Positions 13,261 through 27,844 of a stretch of DNA of 64,000 nt are shown here, in pieces. Position numbers and translations under genes: made by a program. Position 1 is the first letter of the stretch. The number at the start of each line of letters is the position of its first letter. The stretch spans positions 314,588,001-314,652,000 of the forward strand of contig OZ024743.1 in NCBI GenBank assembly GCA_964016885.1. The letters are read 5' to 3'. This stretch comes from Eledone cirrhosa (lineage: Eukaryota). The notes below the pieces were generated by a model that made no database searches, was not told where the DNA came from, and saw only the letters and a list, made by a program, of their open reading frames with translations.

Positions 13261-13730
13261 GGGTATCAAAAAATAAATATGGTATTTATAGGTCTCTACA
13301 AGTGGTAGGAGAGGGTGGGGAGTGGGATGGGTGTAGGTCATTGGTTGATAGAAAAGGGAATTCATTAAAAGCTAATTCTACAAAGCTATAGTTTATTTTT
13401 TATTACCTTAATGAATTTAGCTTTTAAAGAATCTCCCTTTCCTTTAATTCTATCTACCATGACTGACCCCCCACTGATCTTATAGACATCTGTTAGCTTA
13501 AGAGAAACTTAATGACAACGAATGGTATGCCATCCGGAACCTGTTTATAGAATTCTGTCTGCCTTTGTTACTCTAAAAACAAAAATTAATAAAAATAAAC
13601 TATAGCTTTGTAGAATTAGCTTTTAATGAATTCCCTTTTCTATCAACCAATGACCTACACCCATCCCACTCTCCACCCTCTCCTACCACTTGTAGAGACC
13701 TATAAATACCATATTTATTTTTTGATACCC

Positions 13731-13781
13731 AGATTCCTGATGATTTCTAAAGAATGAAACAGTTCTAGTCCTGTAGAATCT
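13731..13781 (+). ncRNA. Type I hammerhead ribozyme
   Basis: AGATTC CTGATGA tTTC-taaa-GAAt GAA ACAG-ttctagtc-CTGT A GAATCT. Stem I is 6 bp, stem II is weak, and the GUA cut falls after 13775. Confidence 0.8.
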
Positions 13782-13819
13782 CATCTATATTAAAACTTAT
13801 ATATATATATATATATATG

Positions 13820-13855
<36 letters not shown>

Positions 13856-14141
13856 GTGTGCGCGTGTGTATGTGTGTGTGTGTGTGTGTGATTAAACGGC
13901 TTCACATCTGCATTCTTTCATTTAACTTCATTGTTAAATGTTAACCTCAGACGGTTGTGAGGTATTGTGTGCCTCTCTTGATCATCATACCCCGCCTCAT
14001 ACACTGCTAATATGGCACTTCGGCAATTTAAATACGTCACGCCATATTTTAGATAAGAAGTATTCACACAAGTTCCTGTTGCACACCTAAATAATGATCG
14101 ACATGGCAGAAAAATGTCAATGAACGTTGGAATTATTTAAA

Positions 14142-14320
14142 GTGTCGGACAACATGCTTCTCAGCATAGAGCTACGTCCCTTTACCTTCTGAGTTCAAAT
14201 CCCATCAAGGTTATCTTTGCTTGTCATCCTTTTGGGGTTGTTAAAATACTGAGGTCGATTTCATCGACTTTCCTCTCCTCCAAAATTGCTGGCGTTTTGC
14301 CTATATAAGTAACCATTATC
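14142..14320 (+). mobile_element. tRNA-derived SINE (degenerate)
   Basis: Same family motifs as 11842-12025. Confidence 0.75.
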
Positions 14321-14459
14321 ATAGTTTTAACATATGCGGTATTGTAAACCCATAAATTTGTTGATATCTCCCATTTTCTTAGGATTATTTCCGCTAAAAC
14401 AGAAGACATATTGTAGCAATCTTTGCCCAGAAGTATAGAGAAACCGACATTTTTAATGG

Positions 14460-14700
14460 AGCTCTTGTTGATTAGGGGTTTTTATGAAGTGTGGGATTGC
14501 TAATTTACCCTTGGGTCGTGCTCTCCCTTAAAGGGTAGTTATATTGTTATAACTTTATTGCATATTGTTATCTGTTGTATTTGTTCATATGCTTTCACTT
14601 ATTGTAAATCCGCGCTGTCCATGTTTTTTTTTGTTTTTTTTTTTGTATTGCCCTACATGTTCCAGCACGCTTGGCCAATAGAGAAAGAATTATAATTATT
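14460..14700 (+). mobile_element. Isolated 3' UTR fragment of a Tx1/L1-related LINE
   Basis: Aligns loosely with 20395-20610 (TGTAAA.CC...CTGTCC...TTTTGTATTG...CCAATA). Confidence 0.5.
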
Positions 14701-14715
14701 ATTAGTGGTAGTAGT

Positions 14716-15116
14716 GGGGCGACGGATTGGCAGTATCGGCAGAGCGTTAGACACCATGCTTTGCAGCTTAGAATTATGGCCCTTTGCGTTCTGAGTTCAA
14801 ATCCAGCTACGGTTAGCTTTGCCTTTCATCCTTACGGGGTCGATAAAATAAAGCAGTAGTAATGCACTGGGGTCGATTTAATCGACTTGTCCCTCCCCCA
14901 ACATTGCTAGCCTTGTGCGTAAAGTAGACACAATTATTAGTGATAGTAGTAATATGGGCAGTATCGGTAGGGCATCATAGAATTTCGGCTCTTTACGTTC
15001 TGAGTTCAAATACCGGCGAGGTTGGCTTTGCCTTTCATCCTTACCGGGTCGATAACATAAACAACCAGTAATACACCGGGGCCGATTTAATCGACTTTCC
15101 CTTCTTCTTCAAATTG
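14716..15116 (+). mobile_element. Two tandem tRNA-derived SINEs (14716-14938; 14956-15116, 3' end cut by the LINE)
   Basis: Family motifs; the second copy lacks its tail. Confidence 0.85.
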
Positions 15117-18100
15117 GGTGTCAGACAGCGAAGACGTGTCTTTTGTGAGCTCGATAAGGTAGTGAATTTCAAGATCTTTTCAATGGTTTTAGTTGCTATA
15201 TTTTTTGGAACAGGGTCGTAAAACCTGTCTTTGCCCTGTGAAGAGGAGACGCTATAATATTTGAACTTTTTGTATATATATAAAAAAATCAAAAAAGAAA
15301 AGAAACATGGCTGAGCCACGCCCAACGGTAAGTCAGCTGTCGTATGACAATGACTTGAACGGTGAGAGGAGGGATACGGCGAACGCAAATATTTATACCA
15401 CAAACACCAACACAAACAACATGAACAACGACAGCAACAACAGCAACATTTAGAAGACTAACCTAAAAAAAATAGAAATGACAACACCAAACACAGCAGT
15501 GATAGCGACAACCAAAAGACAGGCAACAGAAACAATGGCAACAAAAACACCGAAATTAACACCACCAAGAACATGAACAGCGACAGCACCAACACCAACT
15601 GCACCGAAAACAACAACAGCGGCATCAAAGATACAACCAACTGCAACAGCGACAACAGCAACAACACCAACAAGAACACCAACAACACCACGAACACCAA
15701 CAAGAACACTTTCGCTGCGGCAGCAGCCAAAAGGAGGCCATGCTTCAGCATGGGACTCAAGAAGAAAGATGAAAAGTTGGCCCAGGCCAAACAAGAGCAA
15801 ACCTAGACCAACTTAACTATCCCGGCAGAACCCATTGAAGCAGTGGAGCAGAGAATGCTGCATTCCAGATGCATTTCAGCAGAGACAAAGAGGGCGTCTT
15901 TAATTGCCCCGGCACATATCGATGCCGTGCTGAGATGCATCAGGGATGACACTGAGAACATAGGGATGGGCAGACAATACAGCACCATTTCGGTGATGTT
16001 TTAGTCAGAAGCCCTCGCTATGAAACATATGATGAACCCTTGCAAAACCAGCATGGTCATAATGTACCTCGTCCACATGGGAAAACAAACAGGCCGTGTC
16101 CGCATTCCCGGGATTCCACCAGGACTTGACATATGGTGGTTCTTGGGATGCGTGATAGTGGAGGGGACGGATACCATCCCGATAGAGGTCACAAGAACTG
16201 CCAGGGAGGATTTTTCCAGATCAGGCCCGAGGATGTAAAAAATCCCGAAACACATTCGTCTCCAGAATAGTATATATATAATGTCTGAGGGCAGAAGGCC
16301 GCATTGTTTTGTTTGCGGAGAAGCAACACATTTGCGAGCCTCTGCCCTCAACTGCTGAAAAGTGCAAGGGGTCAAAGGTCTCCACTGCTGTCGACGCCGG
16401 GCGAGGACCACCAACAACACCAGCACCAGCAACATTAGCCACCCCGAGGAAAACAAGGAAAGCTCCCCCACCCCACAAACTAAAAAAAATGCACACTTGA
16501 ACAAAAACATAAAACCCACATACAGACACAGACACACTTACATCCACAGACTCCTCATCTTCCAGTAGTGAAATTGCGGACACCACACTCTCAAACATCT
16601 TCCAAACAACACCAACACCAACACCAACACCAACACCAACACCAACACCACCATCACCAGAGTCCCAAAACAACGCAAACTAACTAAACAGCCAGGAAAA
16701 CAAATAAAACAGCACCAACGATACATACAAAACTTCGTGATTGTCAGAAGAGTCTACAAGGAAATGATGACCCCCGTAGCACAAAGTAAAGAAATTCAAA
16801 CAGAGGCGGAGATTTTTGAATCGAGCACATTTTGCGTACCAGAGGATTTGTTCCTGGTGCGAATGTCGCTCGATTCTTACAAAGGAATTCGAACCCCGAA
16901 CGTGAAACACACAGTGAGACTTTTAAAGGTGTTTCTAAAAGAACCCTCTCCCCAACTATGGAAGTCGAACGACCCGACATTCACAAGACCCAGGGAGGTG
17001 AGTAAACCTTTCCTCACTCTTTTAGCCTGCAAACATGGATATATTAAGAGTGGGCAGTTTAAATGTTCGCGGCTTGGGGTCGCCCTGGATGCCCAGCTCA
17101 ACGACCTCAGGTCTCTAGAAATGGATCTAATTGCCGTTAGCGAGACCAAGATTTCAGACACAGGCGCACTAACCCATATTTTCGACGACTATCAGATCTT
17201 TGCATCTGTTAGTTGGCCTGGGAATGGAAATGGGGTGGCAGTGCTGTTTAGGAAATGCCTGGATCTTGAGGTATGGTCGATCTTCCGGGACCCGGACAGT
17301 TAGTTGGTGATCCTGGACTTGAACAATAGTTATTGTGGTGCTTTTAGACTGGTGGCCGTCTACGTCCTTACCGGGGCTGGACGACCGGACTTCTTTAGAC
17401 GCCTGGAAGCCTTTATGGATACGTCTCGCTCTTTACTGTTAGCGGGTAGCTAGAACAGCATCTTAGACGTACGCTGTGACTGTTTTGGAGTAGCTCTTAG
17501 GAACCGGCGGGGGTTAGTGGTGCTGTTGCAAAAGCCTCGAGTACCTGATCAGCCAGTTCCAACTCTCTTGACAAGTGCCGGCTAGATTTTCCTTATGCGC
17601 AAGTGTGGACCTGGACCAACCACATAGGGTCATCTAGCTCGTATATAGACAGGAATATAGATTAGGAAAATAGATAGAAATAGTGTAGGCTGTCCCGGTT
17701 TTAAAATGATCGCCTATTCAGATCACAAGTTTGTGATACGCATATGTTAGGATCTGGTTACTGGAAGCTGAACGTATCGTTTCCGGCACATAAAGCCTAA
17801 AGGGACCGGGTGAACAATTTAATTAATAAAAAGGTGATTGTGGGCGGGGGGGGGGGTCGTCAACAACAGATGGTGGGGGCTCTCAAAAGAGAGATTACAG
17901 TAACTTCGTTAGGGTTTAGCAAAGAAATAGCGTTAGAAAAAAAATAGATGAGGGGGGGGGGGGCAGCGAGTAGCTAAGGTAGACAAGGCTATTCGTAGTG
18001 GCATTTCAACTGACATGCTAGCGTGGAGAATGGCCTTAGACCATTTCTTCAATGCAAAACACGAAGGCTGCATTGTCAGAGCTAAGGCATGTGCTCTGAG

Positions 18101-20610
18101 AAACAAGGGAACCAAAGCTGTTCAAAGGATCCGTGTGGCAGAGGGTAATAAAACCACAATTCCGTGTCTGACACCCCGAGACGGACAGGAGCTGAGCGAT
18201 TACAGGCAGGTGTGTGAGGCCTTTTGCCAGCACTTTGCTCGGTTGTTCGGGGGGAGCGGTGGGTCAGAGACGGTAGCGGACTTCAGGCCCTACCTCGACG
18301 GCTTTCCGCGCCTCTCGACGGTCGACGCTGAGCGCTGCGAAAGGCCGATAACTGCAGCCGAAATTCAGAATGCCCTTGGCGGCTGCACGAGGTGTCAATC
18401 ACTCGGCTTGCATGGTGCTTTACGTAAATATGCCTGACATATTCTCCGATCTCCTCGAAGCACTCTACTGCAACTGGCCGTAGAACGTGAGTGTTCCCTG
18501 TTCGGTTTGCGAGGGTGTAGTGACGCTTATAATGAAATGCGAGGACAAGAGGGACACATAAGATAACTTCAGGCCCATAACTCTGCTCAACACAGACTTT
18601 AAGATTTTGGCCAAGGTGTTAGCGAAATGTTTGGCGCTTGTCGTCGAAGATTTATTTGGGGAGGCGCAAACTTGTGGATCCCGAGCAGGTCCATAAATGA
18701 CAACCACTACCTTATGCGATACATCATAGAGAGGGTAGGGTGTAAACTCGGCTTTGGTGGGGCTCTGATCAATTTAGATCAATCGAAAGCATTCGATAGG
18801 GGGCGACAATCGGTACCTTGAAGCTGTCTTCAAGACGGCCCCGTCTCCAGAAGCTGGATCGCTGCAAAGTTAATCGGTGATCAAAGTTAATGGCCACCTA
18901 TCTGAACCGTTTGAGATCTTCCGATTTGTCCGTCAAGGGTGCCCTCTCTCTTCGTTTCTGTACGCATTGACACTCGAGCCTCTACTGCAGGAGCTGTTGC
19001 AGGGCATCCTGCTCGAACCGGATGCGGAAAGTTTCTGTCGGCTTATGCGGATAATATCACCGTGATGGTGTCGGACACCTCGGAAATAGAGGTGGTCAGC
19101 ACCTTAGAGGAATATGAAATGTTGACGGAAATTAAACGTAAACCGGAAAAGTAGGTGGACTTGCAGCTCACTACCTGGAGAGGCAAGTCAATGCCGTCCA
19201 ACAGGGTCGTTAGGCGCTGGACGGACGAACCGGTAAAGTTGCTCGGAGTTTTGGTTCGAGCCAGAACTCCAGCTGGATTATAATTGCGACGAGGTGACAG
19301 GCAGGGTAGCCAGTCTCACCCAGAAGCTACCTACTGCGAGGTAGCTATCACTGAAAGGTCGGTGGAGGTGGCGAACGCGTCATTGCGTCCGTAATCTACT
19401 AGCGCCTGACCGTCGTCCTTTGTCCCCATCCGAGCCTCGCCAACGTGGAACAGCTCCTCTACTAATTATTGTGGAGGGAACAGGTTCCGTTGGTGAGGCA
19501 GTCCATCTGGTGCCAGCACCCTCTACGTGGAGGGCTGGGCATGCTGTGGCTAATGATGCGCAGACATGCGCTGAGGCTGCGGCATCTCCAGATATTCTGC
19601 CTAAACGGTGAACAGGTGTGGTCGCCGTTTGTCAGACGGGCTTTTCCGCAGCTAGTCCCTTTGACTGAGCTGCAGCCCTGGGTCAAGAAGAGACCGCAAC
19701 TGGATGACTAGCATCTGGAATATTGCCAGGCACTCACCGCCCTCTACCAGATTGGAATGCGGTCAGTGGAACTTCCACTCTCGCGTTCTATAGAGGATTA
19801 GTGGTGGGCAAGTGCGACGACGCACTCGAAGAGGCTCTGGGTGGCGACCAAGTCGAACTAACCAGTCTGTCCTGGAAGACTTTCGAGCCGGAGATAATGG
19901 AAAACTTCCCCAAATCCCTCATTTGGCAGTGTTACCAGGGGGAACTGCCGGTTCGAGATAAACTGTACAGGCATGGAAGTGCTGTCAGACGGACCTGCCG
20001 AGATGCGCGCAGAACGACGAAACCGTTCTGCATGCACTCATTCATTGACTGTGAATTACTTTCTTGTGGGGTCAGCTGTTGTCGGACAGCTGTTGTCGCC
20101 TGTAGAACGGATCCGGCTATCGGCCGAGTCCATAGTGAAGATGGATCCGCCACCTTCTTTTGGCCAGGAAGGGCAAGCAATTTTCCTCTGTCTGGTGGCA
20201 GTAGCGAAAGAGGTTGTATGGTGGACCAAGTTTAAAGTACTGAAGATAGACACTTTTCTATTCGGCCAATCCCTCATCAACGTTTTCAAGTTTCACTTGG
20301 AAAGGAAGGTGAGGGTGGAGAGAGAAGTGCTATCCCCAGTACATTTGCTGAAAGGTGGGTGAATTTGGGGAGGAGAGGGGTGCCCTTCCCGGATGCTCTC
20401 GGAGCGTCGGGTCATTCAGGAATTGTGGGGTACCTGAGTGAACCCTGGGTGGTCATTCCCCCTATTGGGGAATTTTCCTTCATGTATTTTTATTGTTATT
20501 TTGTTATTGTTATTTAAATTGGTTACTCGTTGTATATGTAAACCCCCACTGTCCCTGTCTTTTGTATTGTTCCCTATATATCGGCCCTTGTGACCAATAA
20601 ATAAAACTAT
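15117..20610 (+). mobile_element. Near full-length decayed Tx1/L1-clade LINE
   Basis: ORF1 remnant with a zinc knuckle (RRPHCFVCGEATH, ~16295). APE motifs DLIAVSETK, SDHK and WKLN. RT motifs NFRPITLLNTDFKILAKVLA, LDQSKAFDR, VRQGCPLS and YADN. GGLG and a C-terminal Cys region follow, then an AATAAA tail. Many stops and frameshifts. Confidence 0.92.
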
Positions 20611-21907
20611 TATTGCTAGTAGTAGTAGTGGTGATGGTTTCTAATTATTTCTGCGAGAAAAGAATGGCGCCAGAATACACTTTGCCTTAGTTTTGAATAG
20701 TCAAGTATATTATGAATTAAGGGAAAGACTGAAATATAATACTGTATCGCCAATAATGTTAATAACACTACAGATGATACTTTTTAAGGCTATTAACCTC
20801 GTTTTAAACACAGGAATCTGCATCTACATAGAGTTTCTATCGATTTTTTCTTACTGGAAAACTGTTATCAATTGTCTCATTACTGGATATGTACATTGTA
20901 ACATACTGGGTATGAATAAAGAACGTTTAGTTCATAATTCACGACTTCTATTCCACCGCACATGAGTCTGGCCAAGAAGATGCGTACCCACACATTGAAG
21001 ATTCTAGTGTCATATTCTATATAAAAGCAGGTATAAGTATGCTGTTTTAATTCATTCTGGTACTATGCACTTCTCCGTAAGTAATACTATAGATGGAATC
21101 CCCCACTGATATATTCTACTTACCAAACAATAAGACACTATGTGTTTGTGTATATGTGCGCGTGTGTGTGTGTTGGGGCATACTTCGCGTTTGATAGAGT
21201 TTCCCTATACCTTTCGTCTCACAGTTCCTTGTTAAAAATAATGTTGGCGTCAAGAAGTGCGTCCGAGCGTATTTTACTGTCTCCACACTCTCTACAAAAA
21301 CTATTCCAGTATAGAAAAGTAGAGAAAAGACGATAATGATGATGCTGAACTGTGGTATTGGCTATAACAATAGCACAGAGTGCGGTTAAGTGAATCTTGT
21401 CGTCTATTGGCAATATCCACACTTGAAATAACCAGTGTTTCATTCAAGTGCAGTGTTGAGGTTAAGGTGTTTTCCAGTGGCATAATGGTAGACCATAATG
21501 GTAGAGCAAATGGAAGAATAACACTATCAATCTATAATCATGAGGATTTCCTTTGACTAAACACACGGCTAAATGTTTCTTGAAGATATATCGATCCAGT
21601 ATTGAAATGATAATTGTTTTATCGATCCCTGATACATGAAAGAGAAAGTAGAATAGAGGCGAGAGGGAAGGAAATGGAGAGTTTATTGTTATCAAACCGT
21701 ATCTCTAACGTAATTGTCAACCCATAGTAAATAATTGGTACATATATTGTTGTCAGATTACAGAGATTTAATTGAATACGGTATTTCAATGGTAATTATT
21801 TCATCACGCTTCACACACGGAATAACGTTGACAGCAGCTAGATTTGATCTCAGATTTTAAAGAGACGCAGATCATTTGTTCCTCAAACACTATACACACT
21901 TTGTGTC

Positions 21908-22480
21908 GGCGGTGAATCGGCAGCGTCGTTAGATCATGGCATAGAATGCAGTATTCGTTTCGGCACTCTGTTCTTTGAGTTCAAATCCCTCGAATTCAAC
22001 TTTGACATTCATCTATTTAGAGTTGTACTGGGGTCAATTCTTCATAAATATCTCTTTCTGAGATCCCTTCTAACCTTTGGAAGAAATCTGCTGTTGTCAG
22101 AACTGGAGAGGAGATGGGCTCCATTGGGTTTACGATTACCCTACAATCTCAGGTGTTAAGGGACTCAGGAGTTCTGGACTCCAAACACCACTCTAAAATA
22201 AATAATGTAACATTGACACAAGACCAGAAACAGGGAAACTGTGGAATCGCTCAAACTGTTACTTTAGGTCATCGAGTGCGGAATAATACAATTCAAAGTA
22301 GTCGAGTTTGGGATTTGAATTAAATCTCATGAGAACGTAGCACTTCTAGGTGGTTGAGAGGTACAATAGATTATATTGACCATAATGGTTAATTGATATA
22401 CAAACTTATTCAACTCCCGAAGGGTGAAATGCAGAGTTAAAAACAACGAGATTTGAAATAAGGAGGTAAGAATCTGAAAA
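21908..22480. mobile_element. Old SINE copies (21908-22040 +; ~22350-22480 -)
   Basis: GGCGGTGAATCGGCAG...GAGTTCAAAT and reverse-strand GATTTGAA motifs. Confidence 0.55.
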
Positions 22481-22834
22481 TAAATTCTTCAGGTTTTGGT
22501 GCCCTAAGTTAAGGTATCCGACGTTTTTACAACTCTAAAATATTTCAAATGAATGTAAACTGATGCCAGATACATTTTCCTCTATTCTTTTTATAGTAGA
22601 ACGTAAAGTTGATAATATGGACCATGGGGCTTGATTACTACGTATTACATTGAATTCGGAAAATAGAAAACTAAAGTTTAACTGTCATGCATGTCCTCAG
22701 CAGGGAAGAAATACTCCTCAGATTATACTTGAAACTTGAAGTCATGTTAGATGTTAAGTGTTTCTAAATGTCTCTGCAACAAGTTTTGTTGGATTCATAT
22801 CTATATACTTTATATGTATATATATGTCTGTATG

Positions 22835-22965
22835 TTTACCGTTGGTCAGTTAATGTTAAATATTGAGGACCGAATAAATTAACTGATATAAAAGATAAAG
22901 AAGCGAAAGCCAACGAAACAGTGACTTTGTTCTGTTATTAATTCTGGCAATATTATTACAGCTTA
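22835..22965 (+). repeat. Fragment homologous to 30627-30787 (-)
   Basis: ATTGAGGACCGA...GATATAAAAGA...GTTCTGTTATTAATTCTGGCAATATT is shared. Confidence 0.7.
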
Positions 22966-22998
22966 TATATGTATATATATATATATATAAATATTTTG

Positions 22999-23060
22999 TA
23001 TTTTATCTGATGATAGCGTACCGACATGTTTGGTAATGTTGAAATATATATAATAGAATA
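22999..23060 (+). ncRNA. Type I hammerhead ribozyme
   Basis: TATTTTAT CTGATGA tAGCGTACCGA-catg-TTTGGTAATGTT GAAA TATATA TA ATAGAATA. Palindromic stem III ATATATAT and an AUA site. Confidence 0.7.
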
Positions 23061-23212
23061 AATATGGTTTTATAAATATGGTTTCCATTTATTTACTATC
23101 ATTGAATATTTACTCCAGAAACTTCTCGATTGCCCTGAAAAAACAGTTATAAACAACTATATTTGTTGGATTTACAACAAATTAAATATCTCTTCTACAT
23201 ACACACACAGAT

Positions 23213-23278
<66 letters not shown>

Positions 23279-23279
<1 letters not shown>

Positions 23280-23668
23280 GGAATTGTCTTGTTAACAACA
23301 TAGTCTATAAATGTAATGTTAAAACTAAAGATTCTATTTGCTCATATATAGGAGCTACCTCTAACAATTTTAAGACAAGGTTTAATACCCACAAGCATAG
23401 TTTTAAAAATGCCGCACTGGCTAATACAACATCTCTAGCAGAAAAAATCAATAGTTATAAAAATAAGAATATAGAATATGATTTGACCTGGAGTGTGCTC
23501 AAAAGAGCCACCCCTTATCAAAATAATAGAAATGAATGTAGATTATGTTCCCAAGAACTATTTGAAATAATGAAGTCTAAGGATATCTTATTAAATAAAC
23601 GACAGGAATTAATTATATCGTGTAATCATAAACTAAAAAAAACATTTAAATATTATAAACCTAATTAA
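23279..23668 (+). pseudogene. PLE GIY-YIG endonuclease C-terminal fragment (open frame, 5'-truncated)
   Basis: GNCLVNNIVYKCNV...SYIGATSNNFKTRFNTHKHSF...CRLCSQE...LLNKRQELIISCNH*. Confidence 0.9.
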
Positions 23669-24129
23669 TAACATTATTTTAGAAATTAATTTAATTTAAA
23701 TGTTAGTTAACCTATAAATTTAATTTAATTAAAATTTTATTACAGATGAGAATATAAAATATTATGTAATCATAAATTATGAAAAACCTTTAAATATTAC
23801 TAATATATACTTAGTAATTTAATTTATAGATTAATTTTAATTTATTTAAACCTTTTATTATAATTCTTTTACAGATAAAATATAACAAAATAATATCGTG
23901 TATCCAATGACAGAGAAATAATTTTTAGTATTATAGACCTAATTAATATACATTTTAGAAATATATTTATAATTTGGTTTTAATTTTAATCAACCTAAGA
24001 ATTTAATTTTAATTTGCTTAAAATTAGTATCCTCATACAGACGAATTGCAGAATGTCATGTAATCATAGAATGGGATGTGTTTTGGATATATACCTAGTT
24101 AATATATTCTGTGCAATTTTTTGAAAAAG

Positions 24130-25308
24130 ATATGTATATGTATATGTGTATGTGTATGTGTGTGTGTATGTATATGTGTATATATGTATATATATATATG
24201 TGTGTATATATATGTATATATGTATGTGTATGTATATGTATATGTATGCGTATTAATTTTGATTTCTATTTGCATATAATTATATTATGCTATTGATGAA
24301 ATACAATATCTGCTTTATGTATTATATACCTAATTAACATATACTATAGAAATAAATATATAATTTTTAATTTAGTTAACCTATAATTTATATTCTACTA
24401 CCGATGTAATACTTTATTTTATTTGTTTTTTCCCTATTACTAAATTCATTTCCTAATATTGATACCATAACGTTATTAACTTTAATTTAGTTATACTATA
24501 ATTAATACTCTACTACTATTTAACTTCAAAATTATGCTTCAAATATTATAAACCTAACTAATTTACACCTTAGAAATCAATATGTTAACTATCTTTGGTT
24601 TAGTTAATATATAATTGATGGTATACTTGTTTATTTTGAGATGCATAGATTTTGCCTTAGTTCTTGTTTGTTGTATTTCCTAACACTGAAACTATGTAAA
24701 AACATACATTGGATAAAGATACGGAAAATATTCTATGTTTCTTGAAACATATATTTACTTTGATCCCCTTCTCCAAACCCCCCCTTTCCCCCATACTATT
24801 ATCATCTGTATTTGTAAGCGTGTATGTATGAATATATATGTAGGTAGGTGTCTATATAGGTTTGGGTATTTATATCTAAATATAAAAATACATATATGCG
24901 CATGCAAATATGAATGTAAGATTGTGTGTGTATATATGAGTGTGTGTATGTATGTATATATGTGTATATATGCATGTATATATGTATGTGTATGTGAATG
25001 TGTGTATGTATATGTGTATGTATATATATATGTGTGTATATATATGTATATATGTATATATAGAAATATATATATGTGTATATATATGTATATGTATATG
25101 TGTGTGTATGTATGTGTGTGTATGTGTGTTGTATATATATGTATGTCTCTCTATTTATATGTCTGTCTTCGTATCTATGTGATATATGTGTGTGTATGTG
25201 CATGTATGCACATATATATGTTTATGTGTATATATGTGTATGTGTGTATATATGTGTGTGTTCACACACATATATATGTGAGTGTGTATATGTGTCTGTG
25301 TATATGTA

Positions 25309-25358
<50 letters not shown>

Positions 25359-25448
25359 TGTCTATGTGTGAATATATGTCTATATTCGTATGTGTGTATA
25401 TTTGTATGTATATGTTTATATGTGTATATGTATATATATATATGTATG

Positions 25449-25489
<41 letters not shown>

Positions 25490-25742
25490 TTTTATTATTA
25501 TAATATAACTTATGTGTATGTGTGTATAAGTGAGGTTGTGTATGTGTATATAATATGTGTATATATAACTGTAAAAAAATATATATATATGTGCATGTCT
25601 GTTTTTTATGTGTGTGTATATATATATATATATACGTGTGTATATATATGTATATGTGGGTGTTTGTATGTGTATTTATGGTGGTATGAGTGTGTGGGTA
25701 TCTATGTATATATATATATATATATGTATGAATGTATGTGTG

Positions 25743-25787
<45 letters not shown>

Positions 25788-26451
25788 GTATGTATATATA
25801 TATCTCTATTAATGCGTGTATATGTGTATATACATATGCCTTTTTATTATTATTTTTATTTGTATGTCTGAGTTAGGTGAGGTTGTAGTGGTTTTTTATG
25901 TATATACGCATATTTGGATGCGTATGTATTTGTATATATGAGTATAAGTAAGTGCATATGTATGTATGATTATATATCTAATTCTATGTATGAATATACA
26001 TGTATATATATGTGTGTATGTAAGTTGTGTGTGTATGTATGTATATGTCTATGTGTGTATATATATATGTATGTATATCGATGTACGTGTATGTATGTAC
26101 ATGTATGTCTATGTATGTGTGTATGTATGTGTATGTATATTTAGGTGTATGTGTATATATATTTATATATATATATATATATATGACCCTCCCCAAATAT
26201 AACAATATATGTGTATATATATATGTATATATCTTTATTATTTATTTTTTATATATATGTGTATGTGTGTATGTGTTGTGTGTGTGTGTGTGTGTATATA
26301 TATCTTTATATATTGTATGTGTATGTTCGTGTAGGTGTATGTGTGTGTATGACTTTATATGTATGTGTGTATGTGTGTATGCGTAAATATTTCTATGTGT
26401 GTGTACATGTATGTATGTGTATATATCTGTATGTGTGTGTATGTGTATTTG

Positions 26452-26484
<33 letters not shown>

Positions 26485-26510
26485 GTTATATATATATATG
26501 TATATGTATA

Positions 26511-26549
<39 letters not shown>

Positions 26550-26863
26550 ATATGTTTTTCTATTTGTATATGTATGTGTGTATAGGTATATACCTTTCTC
26601 TTTGTATTTCTAAGTTGTGTGATAGTGTAGTGGTGTTTGTATGTATATACCGATATATAGATGCGTAAGTATTTGTCTGTATGTATATATGTAAGTCTGT
26701 ATATATTTGTGTGTATATATAGCTATGTATGTGTATATCTGTATGTATATTAGTATGTAAGTGTGGTATATGTGCATGTATGTGTGTGGTTATATATATC
26801 TGTGTCTATATAGTATGTGTGATTATATGTATATGTGTGTGTATATGTACGTGTATTTACATA

Positions 26864-26928
<65 letters not shown>

Positions 26929-27112
26929 ATTTGTATGTATATGTATATATGCATGTATGTGTGTATATGTATATGTTTATATATGTGTGTGTATGTATGT
27001 TCTTAGTGTAGATGTGTGTATATGTATGTATGTGTTTGTATATGTGTGTATATTTATGTATGTGTGTATGTGTGTCTATGTGTATATATATGTATGTTTA
27101 TATATATATATA

Positions 27113-27165
<53 letters not shown>

Positions 27166-27300
27166 ATATATGTATATATATATATTTATTTTCTTGATAT
27201 ATTTCTTTTTTCTTTTTTCTTTTTTCTTTTTTCTGTTTTTCTTTCTATTCTTTCCTCTTTAATGTTTATTTATTATATTTTATTTTTTTATTTTCTTAGT
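24130..27300. repeat. ~3-kb complex (TA/TG/TATG)n low-complexity tract
   Basis: Directly visible. Confidence 0.95.
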
Positions 27301-27844
27301 TTATAGATACATCTATATTAGGCAGTCTGCTCAGACCGTTGAATATTGACCTCTCCCCCCCCCCTCCCACCTAATTTCTGTATCTTGATCTAAAAATGTG
27401 TGTGCCAGTGTTTTATGTGAGTGAATTAATATCCATGTGCTTATGATTTTATATCCACATATATAAATGTGAGTGGGGGTGTGTGTGTGTTTGTATGTTC
27501 GTGGTTATGTGTATATTTATGCATATACGCGCGTGTATGTGTGATTGTACGGATATGTGTGAGTATGAAAAGATATATTTATATACTTAATTTCATAAGT
27601 GTCAATACGCATCTTATCTGTGCATTATAAACTTACAGAGATATTAACCTTGAAATTTTGTATTTGCATCCATCCTTTTAGTATGCGTATACAAATTATA
27701 CATACATTTTTGTAAAATATGTGTAAGGGTTTTACATGTATATACACACACCGAACTGCATTTAACCCTTTGTGTTTTCATTGGTCAATTTTGTTCCCAA
27801 ACGGACCTGAAATTTTGAATTGTTGTTATTATCAATAAATATAC

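Larger units (their letters stand above)
13120..13800. mobile_element. PLE-type pseudo-LTR inverted pair (arms 13193-13405 and 13587-13798)
   Basis: Near-perfect ~212-bp inverted repeat with a ~180-bp spacer. Each arm carries a hammerhead, and TA repeats flank the pair. Confidence 0.85.
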
